A stretch of 64,000 nucleotides of DNA from Oligoflexales bacterium (GTDB lineage: Bacteria; Bdellovibrionota_B; Oligoflexia; Oligoflexales; JAPPIL01), in the NCBI GenBank assembly GCA_965215515.1, contig OZ244057.1, forward strand, positions 896,001 through 960,000. Reading direction: 5' to 3'. Shown in pieces: positions 37,621-47,598 of the stretch. Numbering within the stretch: position 1 is the first letter of the stretch; each line of letters starts with the position of its first letter. Made by a program: the position numbers and the translations under genes. The notes beneath the pieces are model-generated. The model saw only the letters and a list, made by a program, of their open reading frames with translations. It was not told the origin of the DNA and did no database searches.

Positions 37621-38207
37621 TGTGGCGTGCGGGTGTCGGTTTTTACAGGATCGATACCGAGTTCGAGCAGTGTTTGCAGCAGACGTTGGGAGTTGCTGCG
37701 CGTCCAGCGATCGTACGTGGCCAGGATATCAACCGCACGACTCTGGGCGGGAATGACGGCAACCTCCGCGACCAATTCAACCAACGAGGCGAAATCATGC
37801 GCGAGCTTTTCAAAGACCTGACGCGCACCGCTGTGCATACATGCGGCGGTCTTGTGGTAAGCAGTCGAGCCGATCGCGATGTAGTAATCGACATCGATGA
37901 CCCGCCGATTGAACGACTCCTGAAAAAACCCCCCCACATAAAGACTCAGGTCACCGAGAACTCTGAAACGAGTCAACCGTTCGTGGACAGGAGCTTCCAG
38001 CGTTTCCTTCAAGAACAACGCCAGGGACGTATCGAGCTGCTGCAGGTGCGGAGAACGCTGATCAGGCTGAATGAAATCACACAGTAAGGTGACGAGGTAG
38101 ACTTCCACGTCGCTGTCGATAGTTACAGCACTCTTCGCCTGCGCGGCGGCAATCTTCTCCTGAAAAAACTGCTGTGGAGCAATGCCCAGATCGACCTTCT
38201 TGATCAT
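37617..38207 (-). CDS. Conserved hypothetical protein
   Basis: LGDLSLYVGGFFQESFNRRVIDVDYYIAIGSTAY motif; ATG 38207 with GAGGGG RBS. Confidence 0.72.
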   Translation of the reverse strand: MIKKVDLGIAPQQFFQEKIAAAQAKSAVTIDSDVEVYLVTLLCDFIQPDQRSPHLQQLDTSLALFLKETLEAPVHERLTRFRVLGDLSLYVGGFFQESFNRRVIDVDYYIAIGSTAYHKTAACMHSGARQVFEKLAHDFASLVELVAEVAVIPAQSRAVDILATYDRWTRSNSQRLLQTLLELGIDPVKTDTRTPQ

Positions 38208-38310
38208 CGCCACCCCCTCGGTCCGTGCTTCGGTGTATCCGACACGGATGTTTAGCAGTTTTGCCCTTTTTTCTGTATAGTGGTCGTGTTCACAGAGTGG
38301 AGATGGCCGT

Positions 38311-38661
38311 ATGCCCGCGCAGGGACACACGACCGCGCTGAGCTTAGAGGAGCTGGTGCACCTTGCCAACAAAGTCGGCATGGAACTCGTAGAAGCAAAA
38401 AAAACCTGTGATCGCCTTGAGTTGATGAAACCCATCGTCCGCGCCCGCATCATGCAACGCCTCGACAACGGAGAGGTTTCCGAAACCAAATTACGTCGCC
38501 TGATGGAAAGCGACACGGAATATGCTGCCTACATCGACAGATTGATCGATGCGCGGGCTTGGCTCGAGAAAGTGCGCATTCGCTACGAATCCTACAAAAA
38601 CCTCTTCGAGGCACGGCGCAGCATGCTCAGCTACCGTAAAGCCGAAATGCGCCTGCTGTAG
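38311..38661 (+). CDS. Small helical protein, possibly UvsY-like
   Basis: 116 aa, helical; SETKLRRLMESDTEY...RRSMLSYRKAEM. Confidence 0.6.
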   Translation: MPAQGHTTALSLEELVHLANKVGMELVEAKKTCDRLELMKPIVRARIMQRLDNGEVSETKLRRLMESDTEYAAYIDRLIDARAWLEKVRIRYESYKNLFEARRSMLSYRKAEMRLL

Positions 38662-38844
38662 CACCCGAACACACATCGTTTTGTTTTTACTTTAAATTTA
38701 TTTTGTGTTTTGCTTCTCATCTGTATGCAACCAGACGAAGTTTTGGGATGGCGAAGAAGTTCGTGCGGTGCAGTCCTCCTACGAGGCCTCCCCGCGGCGG
38801 CTTCTGTTGTATAATAGGAGTTAGGGAGATTTTGCGGGGAGGGC

Positions 38845-39777
38845 GTGATGCGTTTGCTTATGCTGTTGCTGTTGTCCTGCCAGACGACACCATCTCGGCA
38901 TGTCGTGACGGGCAACGAGTTTGCCAAAGATGGCCTGCTGAAAGAGGCGGTCGGTTCTTATCGGGAGGCGTTGCGGGAAAATCCCCACAACTGGACTGCG
39001 CACCGCAATCTCGGTCTGTTGCTGGTCAAGACAGGCAAGTACGATCGGGCAATCTCCCACCTACGCAAAAGTCTACCGCGCTTTCGGCGTGATTTCGACA
39101 CCAACTTTCATCTCGGTGAAGCATATCGGGCGAAGGAAAAATACGCGGAAGCAATTTTCCGCTATCGTTTTGCGCTCGGTATTCAGCCTGATGCACCTGA
39201 GGCGCTGAAATCGCTGGGCTGGACTTACTACCGTATCAATCTGCTCGGCGAAGCCAAGCAGATGATCAACAGGTTGCTTACCATCGACCGTGCCGACCAT
39301 CACGGCGCGATTATCTTGGCACGCATCTACCTCAAGCAACGAGATTTTCAAAAAAGCCTGACGGTCATCAGTAATTACCGAGAGGTAGCCGACCAGAACA
39401 CTCTGCCCTATTTTTACAGTATCGAGGGCGATGTTCATCTGGAAATGAACAAAATCAAATCCGCCGCAGGTCTTTACCTCACCGCATTGAAAAGCAACCC
39501 ACTGTTGCCTGGCGCTCTGCTGGGGATGGGCAAGATTTTTCTTCTGCGAGGGCAGAACAAAAAAGCCATCCGCTACCTCGAACGTGCCGCACGCCTGCGC
39601 CCGCGGCAGACACAGGTGCATCTGATGTTGGGCAAGGCGTTCGAGCCATCCGATGTGCGCCTCGCGCTGAAACATTACCAAATTTTCCGCCGCCTCGCCC
39701 GCAGCCAGCCCGAGTCTCCCGCACAGGTTGCCGCGGTCAACGACAAGATTGCCGCCTTACGCAAAGCTGCGCGCTAA
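38845..39777 (+). CDS. TPR-repeat lipoprotein
   Basis: Lipobox LLSC; multiple TPRs (AHRNLGLLLVKTGKYDRAISHL etc.). Confidence 0.88.
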   Translation: MMRLLMLLLLSCQTTPSRHVVTGNEFAKDGLLKEAVGSYREALRENPHNWTAHRNLGLLLVKTGKYDRAISHLRKSLPRFRRDFDTNFHLGEAYRAKEKYAEAIFRYRFALGIQPDAPEALKSLGWTYYRINLLGEAKQMINRLLTIDRADHHGAIILARIYLKQRDFQKSLTVISNYREVADQNTLPYFYSIEGDVHLEMNKIKSAAGLYLTALKSNPLLPGALLGMGKIFLLRGQNKKAIRYLERAARLRPRQTQVHLMLGKAFEPSDVRLALKHYQIFRRLARSQPESPAQVAAVNDKIAALRKAAR

Positions 39778-39802
39778 ACTGCGTGGCCACGACTCTCTCT
39801 CT

Positions 39803-40402
39803 CTAAAGCATGCGGCTGTTCCAACGCTTGGAGATGGCATGCGGAAAGGCGAAGCAGTCCAGCACACGGCTGACGACGAAGTCGACGAGCTCCACCATCG
39901 TGCGCGGTCGGTGGTAGAAGGCGGGCGAGGCGGGCACGAGCTGAGCCCCCGCCGCGGCGAGACGCTGCATGTTATCGAGATGCAAGCTGTTGAGCGGAGT
40001 TTCGCGCGGCACCATGATCAGCTGTTTCTTTTGTTTCAGCACCACATCGCACACCCGTTCGAGCAGGGTGGTAGAGAAACCGTGACTGACACGGCTGAGC
40101 GTACCCATCGAGCAGGGGATAACGATGGCGACATCGGGAGCGTTCGAGCCACTCGCCACAGGGGCAAAAAAATCATCGTTGGCGAACAGCCTGAGACGAG
40201 GATGTTTGTCGGCGGCTAAAATTTTGCGCAAAGAAAATTCGTGCTCGTTTTTGCGCAGCTCATGCTCGACGACTTGCCGCCCACTGTCGGTGACGATGAG
40301 GTAGACCCGTGCGAGTTGTGCCGTCAGCACTTGCAAGAGACGCTCGGCGTAAATCGCCCCCGATGCTCCTGTGATGCCAACTAAAATGCGCGGCTTCGAC
40401 AT
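39803..40402 (-). CDS. ubiX: Flavin prenyltransferase UbiX
   Basis: GITGASGAIY, ASGS, PCSMGTL, PRETP, PAFYHRP. Confidence 0.93.
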   Translation of the reverse strand: MSKPRILVGITGASGAIYAERLLQVLTAQLARVYLIVTDSGRQVVEHELRKNEHEFSLRKILAADKHPRLRLFANDDFFAPVASGSNAPDVAIVIPCSMGTLSRVSHGFSTTLLERVCDVVLKQKKQLIMVPRETPLNSLHLDNMQRLAAAGAQLVPASPAFYHRPRTMVELVDFVVSRVLDCFAFPHAISKRWNSRML

Positions 40403-40406
40403 GTGC

Positions 40407-41272
40407 TCATCCCCACCAAAAATCCACCGCGGTGAAAAACAGAAAACTCAGGCTAACCGCGGCGTTGGTGTGAAAAAAAATCCGTGCCATCTGTACTGAC
40501 AGACTGTCTGTGGCCAGTGCTCTGGCCAGCAGCACCTGTTCGATGCCGAGCAGCGCGGCGCAGCAGAGAACTCCCAGCCAGTACCAGAAACCCGCCGCCG
40601 TCAGCAACCCCGTCACCCCGAGACCCAGCACGACGAGCACGAAACAAGCGCGGCTCAACCACACCGCAACACTCATGCCGTAGCGGGCGGGGACACTATG
40701 CAATGCTTGTCGGCGATCACAGTGACGATCGCGCAAAGCATAAATGATGTCAAATCCCGCCACCCACATCATCACGCTGCCACCGAGGGTAAGTGCCGCA
40801 AACGAAACCTCGTTCCCGCAGGCGACCAACACCGCGGCAGGAGTAATACCCAGACACAAGCCCAAATACCAATGGCATAGACTGGTAAAACGTTTAGTGA
40901 GCGGGTAACAACCGAGGAGGAAGACGACTGGGAAACTAAAAAAAAAGTGGTGCGCCCGAGCACTGCACAACAGCAGACGAACGACAACGCACTCACCACC
41001 GACCAGCACAGTGCCTGCTGCCACGACAATCTGCCCGCGGGTATCATGCGCGCGGCAGTGCGGGGATTGGCGGCATCGAGACGATGGTCGAGGACACGAT
41101 TCATGCCCATCGCATAACTACGCGCGGTGACGAAACAAGCCAGAATAAGCAGCAGGGTCAACCCGCTCACCCCCTGTGGCGGAGTGAGCAGGAGCATAGC
41201 CGCGGCAAACGGCAAGGCAAACACACTGTGAGCGACTTTGATGTCGCGTAAAAAAAATATCAGACCACGCAT
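40407..41272 (-). pseudogene. ubiA: UbiA-family prenyltransferase (MqnP/UbiA-like), frameshifted at a homopolymer
   Basis: N-half (IKVAHSVFALPF, NRVLDHRLDAANPRT) and C-half (YPLTKRF, GFDIIYALRD) are in different frames, joined at an A9 run at 40938-40946. May be a sequencing error. Confidence 0.75.
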
Positions 41273-41338
41273 CCCACCGTCCCTGCGGTGAGATAAGCAC
41301 AAGCACACACACTGGTCAAGCGTTCGTCACGACATCAC

Positions 41339-42304
41339 TCACTGCGTGCGACGCACATACTCCCGCATCATAGCGAGCACGGAATGCTCGATGCTCTCCT
41401 TCTCCTCCTTGGTAAGCTTTTTGTCTTCTCCTGCTTGGCGGGCAGAAGACTCCATCCCCATAGCAAGAAGACCACCTGCCGCGGCTACACCGATAACTAC
41501 TTTCGCTTTGACTACTCCTGGCACGCTCCCCTGCTCAGGAGGAGTCGCCGCTTCCGCGATACCCATACCGACCACAGCTAGCACTGCTCCGATAACCGCA
41601 CCTTTGGCAGCACTCTTGGTGTAATCAGCGACAGCTAGGAAGAGTTGCTCCATCTTGTGCCCTAAAGTTCCTTCCCGACGAAATTGCTCGATACGTTCTC
41701 GCAGGAGTGTTAGCTGCTCGAAAGCTAACCCCTGTGCGATCAAGGTGGTCGTGCCATCCCAGCGTCCCCTGTCGTCTAGCACAGCCTTCTGAGTCGTGCC
41801 GTTGCTTTCGATGGTCGCGAGATGCAACATGCCCTCGCTAACTCCGATGTCGAGCAGTCTGGTGTTGCAATCGACCAGTATCTCACGGTGCTCCGTACGC
41901 ACAGATCTGGGAATTTTCAGCAAAAATCTCCTTGCACCCTTTCCGCCACTCTTCGCACAGGTAAGGTAGCTTGCCTCCAAGTAGTGCGCCGCCTTGACAT
42001 CGATCATCACCATTTGTCTGTCTTCGCAGTCGAGTGATTTGGTTTCATACGCAAAGAAGCCATCAGCAATCGCTGTCTCTGGCCACCATCGGGGGTCTTT
42101 CAACACAGAACCGCAGCGTTTGGCGAAAGTTTTCCGTGCCTCCTTACGTTCCCGTTCCCTCTCCTTTACCAGTTTTTCACGGTCTTTACGTAACTCTCGC
42201 TCACTTTTTCCACCCCCATGCGCGTGGAGTGCTTTTTCTCCCCCAACATCGGGGCGCGTCAAGCATGACACGGCAAACAAAATAGCTACGAAAACGAATC
42301 GCAT
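41339..42304 (-). CDS. Hypothetical lipoprotein with C-terminal Gly/Ala-rich hydrophobic helices
   Basis: Lipobox AVSC; charged helix; GAVIGAVLAVVGMG and VVIGVAAAGGLLAMG segments. Confidence 0.7.
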   Translation of the reverse strand: MRFVFVAILFAVSCLTRPDVGGEKALHAHGGGKSERELRKDREKLVKERERERKEARKTFAKRCGSVLKDPRWWPETAIADGFFAYETKSLDCEDRQMVMIDVKAAHYLEASYLTCAKSGGKGARRFLLKIPRSVRTEHREILVDCNTRLLDIGVSEGMLHLATIESNGTTQKAVLDDRGRWDGTTTLIAQGLAFEQLTLLRERIEQFRREGTLGHKMEQLFLAVADYTKSAAKGAVIGAVLAVVGMGIAEAATPPEQGSVPGVVKAKVVIGVAAAGGLLAMGMESSARQAGEDKKLTKEEKESIEHSVLAMMREYVRRTQ

Positions 42305-42496
42305 CCCTGTTCTCCATCACTATTGCACACACACCACCTCGGCCTCACCGCCGTCATCGACACTAGTTTCGCTCAGCTTGAACGCGTAACAGACGTAAGA
42401 GGGCAAAGCTTGCCCCCTCGCGCTGCCGAGGTCTCGTTTTCCGCTAAATTGCCGAAGACTTCTGCCGATGCTCCACAGCGAGGATGGTGACGCGGG

Positions 42497-43582
42497 GTGG
42501 ATGGCGTGTGGAATTTGCTAGTGGCACTTGTCGTGGGCACAGCGCTGCTGAGCGGTGCATGTCGTGCACGGCGAGAGATCTCCCGACCTGGCTATATTGT
42601 GGGCCCGACCAACGACATCGAACGTCTACCTGAGATAGAAATAGAAGAGATCGATGTTCCTCCGAAGGTGTTGCGGAAAGCGATCAAGGCCTCGGTCCTC
42701 ACCGTCACAGTACAGGGTGACGGGAAACGTAAATACTGCTCTGGCTCGTTAATCGGGGGACGCAGCGCGGGGGATACACCTCGTATCATCACCAATCACC
42801 ACTGTTTCGCTGAGAAACGCAAAGGTTCAGACCGCTCGCTGCCCCACATAATCCCTGAGGCATGTGAAAATACTACGGTTTACTTCAGCTTCGAAGACGA
42901 TGATGAGGACAGTAAGCCATTGTCACGCAAATGCAGACGCGGCTCCTTGGTCACTAATTTCGACGCGGATTTTGCTCTCTTTAGCCTCGACAAGCCGCTG
43001 CCCGCAGAATACGAGCCTTTTGAAATCTGGGACGGAAAAGTGCCACCTAACCGCCCCGCCTTCATCATCCACCACCCCAGTGCGAAGGAAAGCCGACAAG
43101 GCGGAGAAAGTGAAGCGATGTTGCGAGAGGAGGGTGTGTACCTCCCTAAGAAGGCTATAACCGTCAAGAATTGTAGGGTGTTAGGACCCTTCGATAAGAA
43201 TTTTTGGTCGCTCAATCCCAATCTGAGCGTCGGCTTGAAGCACACCTGCGACCTAGTGCAAGGGTCGAGCGGCTCGGGGCTGATCGATGTCACCAGTGGC
43301 AAGCTACTGGGAGTGAATTGGGGTGGTATTACCCTGACCATCAATAAAAGCGAACACAAGCATAACGTCGCATCCGCCGCGCAGTTTTTGCGCCAATTTG
43401 TCGCTAGCCACGACGTTACTGCCCCCCCTATGCCACCGCAAGCACGGGACAGTATCGCCTGCGCTCACATCGCGGGACACACTGCCACAGACAAGCTGCT
43501 GCTGTTCCTGCTCTTCATTCCTCCTCTCGTGGCGGCACGGCAACGCAGCGACGGCAGTAAGCGCATGTGGGCGAAACGATGA
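42497..43582 (+). CDS. Trypsin-like serine protease
   Basis: CSGSLI, TNHHC (His), DFAL (Asp), GSSGSG (Ser); N-terminal lipobox-like SGAC; C-terminal TM. Confidence 0.85.
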   Translation: MDGVWNLLVALVVGTALLSGACRARREISRPGYIVGPTNDIERLPEIEIEEIDVPPKVLRKAIKASVLTVTVQGDGKRKYCSGSLIGGRSAGDTPRIITNHHCFAEKRKGSDRSLPHIIPEACENTTVYFSFEDDDEDSKPLSRKCRRGSLVTNFDADFALFSLDKPLPAEYEPFEIWDGKVPPNRPAFIIHHPSAKESRQGGESEAMLREEGVYLPKKAITVKNCRVLGPFDKNFWSLNPNLSVGLKHTCDLVQGSSGSGLIDVTSGKLLGVNWGGITLTINKSEHKHNVASAAQFLRQFVASHDVTAPPMPPQARDSIACAHIAGHTATDKLLLFLLFIPPLVAARQRSDGSKRMWAKR

Positions 43583-43612
43583 CAGCCGCGTGCCTAAAAA
43601 ACAGACTCCCTA

Positions 43613-45364
43613 TCACTCACGCGGCAGATGACAAGAAAACGCCCGTCCCAGCTTGCGCCTCTCGCGCTGCAAAGCAGAGACGGCAGGTAGCAGTTCACGT
43701 TGGCGTGGCTCATCGGCACGACGCAGGTCTCTTTGGAGGAGCAGAATCTGCTCGGTCAATTTTTTCTTCTTATGCAGTCGTATCAGGGTAGCCAGTGCTT
43801 GCTGATGGTCGGTATCATACAGCGCGGGGCTGTTGCGCACTTGGGTGAGTGTCTCTCTGACTGCAGTGGTCAGCTCGTCTTCCGCCAGGGCGTTGTTTGT
43901 GCAGTTAGGCGTACCGCGCTGCAAATTAGCCAGCATTGCAGCCACTAGCGTTTGCCAAGGTACAGCGAGTTCCAGTTCTTGCTGCACGAATGTCTGCAGG
44001 ACATCGACTGCGAGCGTCTGCGGAACCGCGTAATACAGGTGGCCGATGAATTCCAACATCCACATCGACACAGGCCTGGTTGCGTGTCGTGGTACTGCGG
44101 GAGGCTTGCTGCGGATCCTACGCCAGCCTTTTTCGATAACATCACGCGCGATGCCACTATGTTCAGCGATCTGCGCGATCAATGTGCCACGCTGCATGTC
44201 GTCTTCGATGGCACGCAACAGGGGAAAAATTTCCTCCCGCAGTAGGTTAGGGTAATGACGTGCATCTCGATCACGCAGCTTACCGATGATACTGAACTCG
44301 ACCACATCCTCGGCCGTCGCGAGCAGCTGTTGCAACGCTTCCTTGCCTTTTTCCTGCAGCAAACTGTCGGGGTCGTGCCCGCTGGCCAGCTGCGCCGCCC
44401 TGAGGCTGAGGTGCGGGAAAGCGAACGCCAGCGGCAAGGCATGCCGTGCTGCCTCCAACCCCGCGCGATCACCATCGAAGAGCAGAATCGCGGTATCGAT
44501 ATGTCGTTGCAATAGACGCATCTGTGCCGCGGTCAGCGCCGTCCCCATACAGGCGACACAGTGCTCGATACCCTCCCGCCGCAAGGCCAACCAGTCGAAG
44601 TAGCCCTCGACCACGATGACCGTCCTGTGTGCAGCAATCGCTGGCGCGGCATGCCACAAACCGAACAGCACCCGTGCCTTGTGGAAAAGCTCGTTCTCGC
44701 GGCTGTTCAGATACTTGATACGGTTGTTGGGATCGAGCGTACGTCCTCCAAAACCGATCACCCGCCCACGCCCATCGTGGAGAGGAAACATGATGCGATG
44801 GCGAAAAAAATCACCCTTGGCGGTCAGGAGGGATGCAGCGACCGCGATTGTCCGTGCCACGCCTTGCTGGCGCAGATATGCTTGCAGGGCAGCGCCTGTG
44901 GACGGAGCGTAGCCGAGTTTGCCGTGCTCAATCTCGGCCTCACTCACACCGCGCTGCTGCAGATAGGCTAAGGCCTGCCGTCCCGCGGCAGTCTTGAGGT
45001 TACGGTGGAAGAAATCCCGTGCTTTGAGCAGCACCTCGTGCATAGCTTGGCGGGGAGCGGTTTTCTGCTTGTTATGCCGCAGGCTGGCGGTATCAACGCC
45101 GTACTTCGCACCGAGAAAATGCACCGCATCAAGAAAATTACTGCCGCTGGTCTGGCGGACAAAATCGATTGCATCACCGCTGGCCTTACAACCGAAGCAG
45201 AAGTAGCGGTCGTCGAACACGGTGAAACTCGGCGTTTTTTCCTCGTGGAAAGGGCACAGACCGAGGTAGCGTCCTCCCGTTTTTTTCAAAGCGACCGTCT
45301 GACCGATCAACGCGGTTAGCGGCGTTTTCTCGCGGATAGCATTTTTTATTTCAGCGAAGCCCAC
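43613..45364 (-). CDS. dnaG: DNA primase
   Basis: CPFHEEKTPSF...CFGC zinc finger, GFGGR, KYLNS, VEGYFD, FDGDRAG, HDPD. Confidence 0.95.
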   Translation of the reverse strand: MGFAEIKNAIREKTPLTALIGQTVALKKTGGRYLGLCPFHEEKTPSFTVFDDRYFCFGCKASGDAIDFVRQTSGSNFLDAVHFLGAKYGVDTASLRHNKQKTAPRQAMHEVLLKARDFFHRNLKTAAGRQALAYLQQRGVSEAEIEHGKLGYAPSTGAALQAYLRQQGVARTIAVAASLLTAKGDFFRHRIMFPLHDGRGRVIGFGGRTLDPNNRIKYLNSRENELFHKARVLFGLWHAAPAIAAHRTVIVVEGYFDWLALRREGIEHCVACMGTALTAAQMRLLQRHIDTAILLFDGDRAGLEAARHALPLAFAFPHLSLRAAQLASGHDPDSLLQEKGKEALQQLLATAEDVVEFSIIGKLRDRDARHYPNLLREEIFPLLRAIEDDMQRGTLIAQIAEHSGIARDVIEKGWRRIRSKPPAVPRHATRPVSMWMLEFIGHLYYAVPQTLAVDVLQTFVQQELELAVPWQTLVAAMLANLQRGTPNCTNNALAEDELTTAVRETLTQVRNSPALYDTDHQQALATLIRLHKKKKLTEQILLLQRDLRRADEPRQRELLPAVSALQRERRKLGRAFSCHLPRE

Positions 45365-45435
45365 CCTGGTGTTATATCCCAGGGGGAGCGGTGTTTGCAA
45401 TTCATCTATACCCTTTGCCGTCAGGAGTAACGTCT

Positions 45436-45927
45436 ATGCCTTCGTTTGATTTTGTGGCCGAAGTTGATCTGCAGTCAGTCGATGACGCGGTCAATCAGGT
45501 GGCGCGAGAAATTGCGCAACGCTTTGATTTCCGCAACAGCTGCGCCGAGATCGACTTCAAGCGTCAGGAAAAAAAGATCTATCTAGTTGCAGACGACACC
45601 TACAAGTTGCGCGCCATGCACCAGTTGTTGGCGCAAAAACTGGCCAGAAGCAATGTCGATATCCGCTGCTTGACCTACAGCAAAGAGGAGATGGGTTCAC
45701 ACGGAGTGCTCAAGCAATACGCCACCCTCAAGGATGGCTTGAGCAAGGAGGAGGCCAAGCAGATTACCAAGTTGCTCAAAGAGACTCGCATGAAGATGCA
45801 AACGCAACTGCAGGACAACCAACTGCGGGTGAGCGGGAAAAAAATCGATGACCTGCAAACCGCCATCAAACTGGTCGAAGAGGCGAAACTCGCCTTCCCT
45901 GTGCGTGCCATCAATATGCGCAGTTAA
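45436..45927 (+). CDS. yajQ: YajQ family nucleotide-binding protein
   Basis: MPSFDFV, RFDFR, LRVSGKKIDDLQ; AGGAG RBS. Confidence 0.92.
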   Translation: MPSFDFVAEVDLQSVDDAVNQVAREIAQRFDFRNSCAEIDFKRQEKKIYLVADDTYKLRAMHQLLAQKLARSNVDIRCLTYSKEEMGSHGVLKQYATLKDGLSKEEAKQITKLLKETRMKMQTQLQDNQLRVSGKKIDDLQTAIKLVEEAKLAFPVRAINMRS

Positions 45928-45948
45928 CGGCGGACACGGAGGGAGAAG

Positions 45949-46671
45949 GTGCGAAAAATCATCATCGCTAACTGGAAAATGCACAAGTTGCGAGGCGACA
46001 TCGTCCCGTATTGCCACGCCTTGTCGCACGCCAACCTCGACAAGGTGGATGTTTACCTCGCCCCGCCGTTTCCGCTGCTCGTCGAAACCGTCGCCGCGGC
46101 GAAAACAAGCGGGATCGGCGTGCTGGCACAGAATGTGCACGCGGCGACAGCAGGGGCATTCACGGGCGAAATATCCGCCGCCATGCTCGTCGATGCGGGA
46201 GCACAGGGGGCGATTGTCGGGCATAGTGAACGCCGTACGCAACACGGCGAAAACGATGCCGCGGTGGCTCACAAGGTGCAAGCTTGCCTGCGAGCTAACC
46301 TCCTGCCCGTTCTGTGCCTGGGGGAATCGGGCACACAACGAGCGCGAGGAGAAACGCAAGCGGTCTTGCGGCGACAGCTAAACTGTGTGCTGTCACAGGT
46401 GCAGAATACGTCTTTGTGGGTCGCCTACGAGCCTGTTTGGGCGATCGGCAGCGGCACAAGCGCCAGTACCACACAAGTGCAGGAAGCACACCGCTTCCTC
46501 AAGGAGTGCGGCGCAGACAACGGTTGTCAGCTACGCATACTTTACGGCGGCAGCGTTAAACCGCAGAACGCAGGAGAACTGATGTCCTCACCCGCAGTAG
46601 ACGGGGTGCTCGTCGGCGGTGCGTCGCTGCACGCCGAGCAGCTGGTGACCATCATCAACTCAGCCGCGTAG
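45949..46671 (+). CDS. tpiA: Triosephosphate isomerase
   Basis: ANWKM, GAFTGEIS, GHSERR, AYEPVWAIG, YGGSV, VGGASL. Confidence 0.96.
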   Translation: MRKIIIANWKMHKLRGDIVPYCHALSHANLDKVDVYLAPPFPLLVETVAAAKTSGIGVLAQNVHAATAGAFTGEISAAMLVDAGAQGAIVGHSERRTQHGENDAAVAHKVQACLRANLLPVLCLGESGTQRARGETQAVLRRQLNCVLSQVQNTSLWVAYEPVWAIGSGTSASTTQVQEAHRFLKECGADNGCQLRILYGGSVKPQNAGELMSSPAVDGVLVGGASLHAEQLVTIINSAA

Positions 46672-46735
46672 AGAGCACACCCAGCTAGGTCGGTACCGCA
46701 ATCACCACAGACAAACAAATCGCACCATATCCCCT

Positions 46736-47053
46736 TCAGTCCACCGCGGATGCTGCCGTGATTTTGCGCATAAGTCTGCCGATCGTCCTGTCGTAAACAG
46801 TGAAAAACATGCCGTCCTTGACGGCATGTTTTTCCATCTGCCTGAGCTTGTTAATTTTCTCATTGATGCCAGCAATATCTACCCCCGCAACTCCCTTCAG
46901 CTTCTCCAGCTCCTCGATTTCATCCTTCAACTCAGCCCTAAAGCTCTCGGCACTCAGGGAATGTTCCTTGCACGCACGCATCACCCCAGGAGCCACCCCG
47001 CAAAGAGTCACGATCGTGCTCACCGTCAACAGCAGATAAATCATCCTTATCAT
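46736..47053 (-). CDS. Small membrane-anchored coiled-coil protein
   Basis: N-terminal hydrophobic segment then charged helix; AAGGGG RBS; upstream promoter motif. Confidence 0.6.
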   Translation of the reverse strand: MIRMIYLLLTVSTIVTLCGVAPGVMRACKEHSLSAESFRAELKDEIEELEKLKGVAGVDIAGINEKINKLRQMEKHAVKDGMFFTVYDRTIGRLMRKITAASAVD

Positions 47054-47096
47054 TACCAATACCCCTTGATACTACAGAATGTAACCGAATTATCCC

Positions 47097-47125
47097 AGAA
47101 TACATTAATAACTTATGTATGTCAA
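47097..47125 (-). promoter_or_regulatory. Putative sigma70 promoter with AT-rich upstream element
   Basis: TTGACA-N17-TATTCT on the minus strand, preceded by an AT tract. Confidence 0.55.
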
Positions 47126-47598
47126 TATTTTTATTAAAAAATAAAATTTTTCAACCACAATCGATAAAATTCGCCCTTCCCCGCGGCACAAACTTCCTTT
47201 CTCCGCTCCGCCCTGCTCTCCGTACCCCCAGATGCAGGGAAAACTGCCTGAGCACCGACCCTTATCACCCCTGATCACGTGACTACCCATGTCCCTACTC
47301 AGCACGTTCTCCCGCACCATCATGCTCGCAACGATCGGCGGCGAGTCACACAACCACGCTCCGCACAGTACGGCAAACACACCCCCCCACCGCGGAAGAC
47401 GAAACACCCCGCACAGAGAGATCGGTCTCAGCGCTAACTTCGTAGCAGGAGCGACTCGTGCCAGTCTCCGAACAAATATGCTCTGTGCCTTGCCACATGC
47501 CTCGTTAACCAGAACACCTAGCCATCATCAGGGGATAGAGAAAAAAATAGCGGCATCGTGAGGAGATGAAGAGAATGGGATGCAGGGTGCGCAGCTGC

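Noticed and set aside
38208..38516. Long N-terminal extension of ORF 37617-38516
   Set aside because: Overlaps the opposite-strand gene at 38311; a good RBS precedes ATG 38207.
47105..47561. ORFs 47105-47407 and 47289-47561
   Set aside because: No recognisable motifs or RBS; one runs through a promoter-like AT tract.
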